A stretch of 64,000 bases of DNA from Bacteroidota bacterium (GTDB taxonomy: Bacteria; Bacteroidota; Ignavibacteria; UBA10030; UBA8401), in assembly GCA_021796275.1 (NCBI GenBank), contig JAJYOI010000002.1, forward strand, positions 9,302 through 73,301, in the 5' to 3' direction. The notes below the pieces were generated by a model. That model did no database searches and was not told the origin of the DNA. It saw nothing but the letters and a program-made list of their open reading frames with translations. Position numbers and translations under genes: made by a program. Every line of letters begins with the position of its first letter. Positions within the stretch are counted from its first letter, which is position 1. Below, one piece after another: positions 60,101 to 64,000 of the stretch.

Positions 60101-61362
60101 TTACTCAATCGAATTCGTCGCAGAATCCCGGCGTTCCCGGCCGCCCCGGCTTTGCTAACCTCTTCGGCAGAGTTCCGTTTTTGCAAACCGCAGATCCGTC
60201 GTACGGTCCGAGCCGCGCATATCAGCTTGGGCTGGCAACAGACCCGACGTCGAGCATCACCAATGTATTCTTCAAAAATTCATTTCCGTTCATCGGCTTC
60301 ACGATGGATCATGGCGTGCGTGCGGCGTCGGCAAATATTTCTGATGTGTTCAGTCAAAGCAACAAAATTTCATTTTCTACAAATCGTGAATTGTGGACGG
60401 GCGCGCGGATTGACCTCAAATGGAATCTTGGCTGGGATTATTCACGCAGCCAATCGCTGACAACTGACGCTCATGGCGTGCCGACGATCAATAGTTTGCA
60501 AACGGGAGGAAGCATTGAACGTTCATTCTTTACGCTGCCGCCGGTTTTCATCTTTTCCATCTTCAAAAGCGGCATAACAGAAGTGGGAAAAGAATACGAC
60601 AAATTGAGAGCGAACACGGCGGATACCAGAACGAATGATCAGAAACTTGCAGACGCTTTCGAGAACGGATTTGAATCGTTTCCGCTTCTCCGGAAAATCT
60701 TTGGCGATTTTTTCCCGCGCGTCAATTATACTTTTCATTGGGATGGTTTGGAACAGCTTGGGTTGTTCCAAAAGTGGACGCAGCGCGTAAGTTTGGATCA
60801 TGCATATAACTCAACGTACCGAACATCGTTCAAAGGAGATTTAACCGGTGCAGGGCAGAACATTGAAGCGCAGCGCATCATGTACGGTTTTGCGCCGTTG
60901 GTCGGATTGAATATAACATTCAAAGAAATGTTGAAAGGGAATATGAGCGCGAACATTCAATATTCAACCAACTCGACATTTGATCTTACACCGGCAGCGC
61001 AAAACATTATCGAAGGAAGCACGCGTGAAATTTCGCTCACCGCAAGTTACGGCCGGACCGGTTTTGAAATTCCGTTTTTCGGTGTTGCGCTTTCGAATGA
61101 TGTGGACATCAGCTTCTCCTATTCATTATCGCAGAACTCCCGGCAGACTTATTCTGCGCAGGAGGGTATTGGAACAGGCGTGCCGGGCGAAGGTTCGACG
61201 CGCACGACAATGGAACCCCGCATTCGCTACGTGCTCAGTTCACGCGTGACGGCGTCAGTATATTATCGCTATACGAGCATTGTGCCCGATGCGGGAGGCT
61301 CAGCGATTCCCGGTTCGACAAGCAATGAAGGCGGACTTGACGTTCACATTTCAATTCAATAG
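54103..61362 (+). CDS. sprA: SprA/Sov, the giant T9SS translocon / gliding-motility outer-membrane protein. Exact start uncertain.
   Basis: 2419 aa. Size, N-terminal signal-like hydrophobic stretch and long beta-rich Y/N/S/T composition are typical of SprA. GTG start. Confidence 0.85.
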   Translation: MIFHNLTFFRRFFSARWNHQGGSAVLFILSIAGAGLTGFSMMKPNEPPVAYSAGAYAPAVMSFADPDSTLPTGKLSRRALARLSGAGSVDTSSNFSSIDTAALRRAALLPRDSTARLAQFLYHREDSPVAPMFQPHIYSLFLKPPPILMHEVQLDSTGQYVIIRETVDGKDVRIPLKVPLKEYIEQRFLYEERKYFEDEVHKFEAIKKSDELGELLGSFTNIDIPIPANPVFSIFGPPRINLHISGAVDITAAFRNTVTDQSTLSALGNSRNEPDFKQDVQINISGTIGDKLNILADWNTQRTFEYENQLHIKYTGYDDEIIHSVEAGNVSLPTSSQFISPSAALFGIKTEMQFGQLKLVSIASQKKGQIKELTVSGGTQTVPFEIHAYQYSRDHYFLDTSYAPLFEQYYQTYVTDSRKHISDCEVYVTHVNLDPQNSVQASAWAYLPALADSAVYQQLKDPNFQNSQQASNMINNGELAVGRWDKLVPGQDYILHEYTGYITLNRSVPDNQAIAVAYRVDNGPGTADDSVYGVLTSVKSSQDSILVLKLIRPVNLIPRYTVAWKLMLKNIYSLGGRNIKPDGFQLDIKYKLSGQDPVSEIDGTRLLKIFGFDKVKADGSAGSDNVFDYNPGVTIDENRGEVIFPSTEPFRKTLQQFFSSEGKPALADSFTYPDIYDTTMIAAQNNPSRDRFIITGQTTAGSSNTYNLGFNIVEGSVQVILNGNPMKQNIDYTVDYITGQVIIKNQAALVPGANLQIKYEQNDLFQLASKTLLGTRGDFNFSDKTGLGFTVMNLNQQTLSDKVRLGEEPTNNTIFGIDGHTSLDLPFLTKAIDALPLVSTKAPSNISLRSEAAYMSPNPNTKVSLIASDNGKGVAYIDDFEGAKRIIPLGVGYGQWHDLSVPAFMDGVDPLNGTPIPDTTKMFSKAKTYWYNILPSDVVITDIWPLKQAAVDQQQVTVMNVEYDPRTRGEYNYSMNLSRNFGAHASADTVKQNWGGMMKLVSSGVVNLVQENIGYIELWVEANPAVLDSTKKMYIDLGEISEDVIPNRTLNTEEGIVHTGLVTAERDRGLDGLTDDDERSVYAQFIAANQTAFPDISSDPSGDDYQPANIGSGDYRFVNGTEGNRNSEIGRFPDTEDLNGNNVLDLNNSYFEYEVNLDTNAVNLQRVGGGHKDKYGLAWYQYRIPINEFKRKVGSPDLSVIEYVRVWFKGFDQPQLLRITEFNLVGNQWEVQKRTPSDSTLAVSVVSIEDNPTTYSSPPGVNRAVDRTQTTQSSQTILQNEQSLSLVLNGLQDGDSRQAIKRFSYRPLDLFSYREMRMFVHGDEGPPLTPNKRFSDDPNNPDAYLFVRFGSDSLNYYEYREPVLPGWSLDNTINITFTDLTAIKQGRDSTNQLVTVAARNGPPGSTYSVLGNPTLTNVAFISVGIYNPPGKGVKVLTGEVWLDELRLADPDNTPGWAYSVSSQIALADIGSLSFNYQQVDPFFHQLESQFGSRIDSRTWGLSANFSLEKFLPSTWTGTSLQFSYSHQEAVSKPRYLPSSDIVVTKAAEQQQANIDRSKGELPQAKARLGQIPSELENIKSQIDQISWNSANDKKTYDSLTAIQNNLINEQNNLIRRISSLENTIGTNPNDIIIQSQSLSTSDTYALPTIKFVFPSNNWFIRDIINRLQYGFNYTISTMRDPTTTYRQSWSWATRLSYAYQASPDLYVAPFSLFGSNFVLSDLKDLHLFFPITSIGLNFSATRSQTHERLRSQTQDSDPTRGLSAQRSMNFNWKLTENGYLNLSGDYSVDIASTLVHLEIDRYKRQRAFAAILGDMFLKDQLINFGYDYSYNQNINVNTRPRLPGFLGLDRYLTLSSRYSVSYRWSNNLQQGDLGKGASWGNNISFSTDLSLKSFVDTWFPSLPTSAEISLPPPVEQPSQSNIARYGRRAEGSNSTQPAVRDTAHPVVSDTTKSAQPPDTAVVAPPVPPKKKISPKQALIQIARLFIKTPLLDYDKINVTFTQSNSSQNPGVPGRPGFANLFGRVPFLQTADPSYGPSRAYQLGLATDPTSSITNVFFKNSFPFIGFTMDHGVRAASANISDVFSQSNKISFSTNRELWTGARIDLKWNLGWDYSRSQSLTTDAHGVPTINSLQTGGSIERSFFTLPPVFIFSIFKSGITEVGKEYDKLRANTADTRTNDQKLADAFENGFESFPLLRKIFGDFFPRVNYTFHWDGLEQLGLFQKWTQRVSLDHAYNSTYRTSFKGDLTGAGQNIEAQRIMYGFAPLVGLNITFKEMLKGNMSANIQYSTNSTFDLTPAAQNIIEGSTREISLTASYGRTGFEIPFFGVALSNDVDISFSYSLSQNSRQTYSAQEGIGTGVPGEGSTRTTMEPRIRYVLSSRVTASVYYRYTSIVPDAGGSAIPGSTSNEGGLDVHISIQ

Positions 61363-61452
61363 GCGCATATTTCAATCTTGATTTCGGCGTTGATTTTTGC
61401 TATTTTGTTTCCAGTGAAATAAATTTGACAGATATCTTAGAAGGCAGAGTCA

Positions 61453-61788
61453 ATGTATACTTTTTTTGTTTTGATAGAAATTCTTGTTTGTATTTTGCTG
61501 ATCATTGTTGTATTGATGCAGAGCAGCAAGGGCGGCGGGCTTGCCGGATCGTTCGGCGGCAGTAATTTTGGAACTGTGTTTGGCGTGCGCCGTACCGCTG
61601 ATTTCCTTACGCGTGCAACAACGATTCTCGCAACAACATTCATCGTGTTAAGTTTGCTCATTAATCTTTTCTTCCTTCCCGGAAAAGGGAAAAGCGCCGG
61701 TGAGAGCATTATTCAAACCGGGCAAACGTCTGTTCCACCCGCACAAATTCCTGCCCAGCAGGCGCCTGCACCAACATCAGGTCAATAG
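61453..61788 (+). CDS. secG: Preprotein translocase subunit SecG.
   Basis: ILLIIVVLMQSSKGGGL signature and a second TM helix. Confidence 0.85.
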   Translation: MYTFFVLIEILVCILLIIVVLMQSSKGGGLAGSFGGSNFGTVFGVRRTADFLTRATTILATTFIVLSLLINLFFLPGKGKSAGESIIQTGQTSVPPAQIPAQQAPAPTSGQ

Positions 61789-61808
61789 ATTTTTTTTATA
61801 AATTAGAA

Positions 61809-61857
61809 CAGCGGCTGGTGCATCGTTCGATGAATGCGCGAGCCGCTTTTTTTATTT
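61809..61857 (+). terminator. Rho-independent terminator after secG.
   Basis: gcggct...agccgc stem followed by ttttttta. Confidence 0.6.
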
Positions 61858-62017
61858 CATTTTTTTCCCTCCAGGAATCTCCGATTGTTTTTCACGGGAA
61901 CTTTGTTGAATGCCGCTCGGTTATATTATCAATTCTCCCTTGAAAGAGTTTACTGAATTATGAACGCGAATTGTACAGTTCACAGTTTTTCCTATTAACG
62001 TTTTGTGAGGAGGCTTT

Positions 62018-62401
62018 ATGTTGAGGTACATAGTGAAAGCGGCGCTATTGTTGGCGATTGCGATTCCGCTGTCGTTGAACGCCGCACCAAAGCCGCATAA
62101 GAAGGCGGCAAAGGAAGTTACGATGACGGGTGAAGTAGTTGATGTTTCTTGCTATTTGGCGCAGGGAGCAAAAGGCGAGGATCATGCGGATTGCGCGACT
62201 GCATGCGCAAAAGCCGGAGGTGCGCTCGGCATTTTAACAAAAGCCGGAAAGCTTTATGTGTCAGTTTTGCCGGACGATCATAAATCGGGACCGAATGCGC
62301 TGTTGATGGATCATATTGCTCATACAGTTTCCGTGAAGGGCTATGTTCGGAGCAAGGGCGGAGTTAATGGAATTATGATTACGAGTGTAACCACACAATG
62401 A
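62018..62401 (+). CDS. Small secreted Cys-containing protein of unknown function.
   Basis: Signal peptide and Cys positions SCY...HADCATAC. SD gaggagg lies 5 nt before the ATG. Confidence 0.4.
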   Translation: MLRYIVKAALLLAIAIPLSLNAAPKPHKKAAKEVTMTGEVVDVSCYLAQGAKGEDHADCATACAKAGGALGILTKAGKLYVSVLPDDHKSGPNALLMDHIAHTVSVKGYVRSKGGVNGIMITSVTTQ

Positions 62402-62435
62402 ACGTGGTCAGAGAAACAAACAGTCTTTCCAGCGT

Positions 62436-62470
62436 AAGGCGGTGAGGGAACCCCCACCGCCTTTGTTTTG
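62436..62470 (+). terminator. Rho-independent terminator.
   Basis: aaggcggtgaggg-aa-ccccaccgcctt stem followed by tgtttt. Confidence 0.7.
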
Positions 62471-62503
62471 TACAACGAAGTTGCGTTGTAATAATAAGAA
62501 AGC

Positions 62504-63232
62504 TTGTTGATGCCAGCTCAGCATGTTGTGTTGAAAAATAAAAAAATTGCCGCACGCGAAACTCTGTCAGTGTATTTTGAGAGGCCGCATGATTTTCAAT
62601 ATAAGGCTGGGCAATCTATTGATTTGACAGTACTGAATCCACCGGAGACCGATGCAGAAGGGAATACTCGAGCATTCACGCTTGCCAGCGCACCGTTTGA
62701 AAGAGATTTGATGATTACAACGCGTGTGAGGAATTCCGCGTTCAAACGTACGTTGCAGAAAATGCCGATCGGAGCCGAAGTACAGATTGATGGTCCGTTT
62801 GGAAATATGACATTGCATTCAAATGAAACGCGGCTGGCTGTTTTTTTGGCCGGAGGTATCGGTATTACGCCGTTTCGCAGCATTATTCTTCAGGCAGTGA
62901 AAGAAAAGAAAACCCACAAATTGATTTTGTTTTATTCGAACCGCACGCCTCGCGATGCAGCATTTATTGATGAATTGAAAACCGTAGAACTCGTTTACGG
63001 CAATTTCTTATTGATCGCAACAATGACGGGAAGCGGTTTGCCGGATGATGAGTGGAGCGGCGAGAGAGAATACATAAGTTATCGAATGATGCACAGATAT
63101 GGCGGCGATCTGTCAAACGCGGTCTACTATTGTGCAGGTCCGCCAAAGATGGTCGGTGCATTGAGGACAATGCTGAATGAAAACAGTGTGAATGATGATG
63201 ACATTCGAAGCGAAGAGTTCTCTGGATATTAA
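62504..63232 (+). CDS. FNR-like oxidoreductase (FAD-binding FR-type and NAD(P)-binding domains only).
   Basis: RAFTLAS flavin-binding motif and GGIGITPF NAD(P) motif. No Fe-S or heme domain. Confidence 0.7.
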   Translation: MLMPAQHVVLKNKKIAARETLSVYFERPHDFQYKAGQSIDLTVLNPPETDAEGNTRAFTLASAPFERDLMITTRVRNSAFKRTLQKMPIGAEVQIDGPFGNMTLHSNETRLAVFLAGGIGITPFRSIILQAVKEKKTHKLILFYSNRTPRDAAFIDELKTVELVYGNFLLIATMTGSGLPDDEWSGEREYISYRMMHRYGGDLSNAVYYCAGPPKMVGALRTMLNENSVNDDDIRSEEFSGY

Positions 63233-63662
63233 GAAATCTTGTTTCATCAAAAACCGTCTGTTGAAAATTTCTTCATTTTGTTTTTACTTAGAAAATATTT
63301 TTTGAAGAATTCATTTTTGTTCTTGCGTTTGCAGAATTTTTTTTTTAACATTGATGCGTTATCTGCAACGAAGTTGCTGATTAACGAGTCCCGAAGGGAT
63401 TCCTTCGGAAGTGGTCTGATGCTCTCCAGAGCGAAATTGCCACTGCCCAAAAAATCCAACAAATACATACGTTGTCGTGCTGTGAACTAGGCGACTGTGT
63501 TTACAGTATAGAGATGCTCTTGTTGTAAGATTAGATATTTTTTTATTTCGCAACAACGAGCACATGTAGAGATAAGCTAAAGCAAGCAGTTCATTCACCG
63601 CGGCAAATGATGGATGTCTTCTTCTCAATTGATCGTATAGTTGAAAGGAGTAGTTCCTAGAA

Positions 63663-64000
63663 GATGGCTCAGATTTTTCATCCGAGCTCGACAGTAATCT
63701 CGAAAGTAAGCATAGTTGTTATTATTCTTGTACTCACAATTGCCGCGTGGGCGGCGACTGAGATTTATCGTTCAGGCTACACTACGGAACAAAATGTTGC
63801 ACGCGAACAGCCGATTCCTTTCAGCCACAAACATCATGTGAATGATGTGGGGTTGAGCTGCGGTTATTGCCACACCTCGGTAGATAAATCTTCCTTTGCG
63901 GGCATTCCTCCGACGTACACCTGCATGACGTGCCATTCACAGATTTGGACGACAAGTCCGATGCTGCAGCCTGTGCGCGACAGCTATCAGACACAGAAGC
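63663..64000 (+). CDS. actA: Partial (runs off right edge) membrane-anchored multiheme c-type cytochrome, alternative complex III ActA-like / cytochrome c3 family.
   Basis: Manual translation: MAQIFHPSSTVISKVSIVVIILVLTIAAW...FSHKHHVNDVGLSCGYCHTS...YTCMTCHSQIW. TM helix plus two CxxCH motifs within the first 112 aa. Confidence 0.6.

Noticed and set aside
54150-61249. Numerous 60-120 aa ORFs on both strands inside sprA.
   Set aside because: All embedded within a 7.3 kb continuous ORF with coherent beta-rich composition. Expected by chance in a gene this long.

Overview
A 64 kb chromosomal segment from an FCB-group bacterium (Bacteroidota/Ignavibacteriota-like). Supporting the lineage call: SprA/Sov T9SS translocon, several proteins with T9SS C-terminal sorting domains, LptD/LptFG, an ACIII-type multiheme cytochrome at the right edge, and GGAGG-type Shine-Dalgarno motifs before several start codons. 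About 53 coding genes, most of them housekeeping. These include the MoxR-DUF58 Bat-like module, ParA/ParB, RidA, NADP-malic enzyme, the MacA/MacB/FtsX efflux system, Ddl, RlmD, FtsB, RarA, a ROK glucokinase, LptD, RsmB, Kbl, RmuC, ferritin, Nth, LptF/LptG, SprA, SecG and ribosomal protein L31. One tRNA-Val(CAC) with its own terminator is present. The most unusual part is a ~6.9 kb cassette at 26.0-33.0 kb, delimited by an imperfect ~65 bp direct repeat. Its left copy is a decayed 3' fragment of the small lipoprotein gene that lies at the right end of the cassette. The cassette carries a LytS-type sensor histidine kinase with an FG-GAP-like extracytoplasmic sensor, a RAYT (IS200-like HUH tyrosine transposase) bracketed by inverted GC-rich REP hairpins, a LuxR-type response regulator, and an 842 aa T9SS cargo protein with discoidin, LamG, cohesin-like and dockerin-like modules. 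Related REP-like hairpin units also flank rarA. Other points worth checking: an in-frame TAA inside a DUF1761-like membrane protein gene; a perfect 7-3-7 palindrome in the ferritin/nth divergent promoter; a 24-nt motif duplicated after parB and after the DUF5683 gene; a degenerate HNH protein with an overlapping zinc-ribbon small ORF; and tandem DUF1624 acyltransferase-like paralogs. No CRISPR array, rRNA or prophage was detected.
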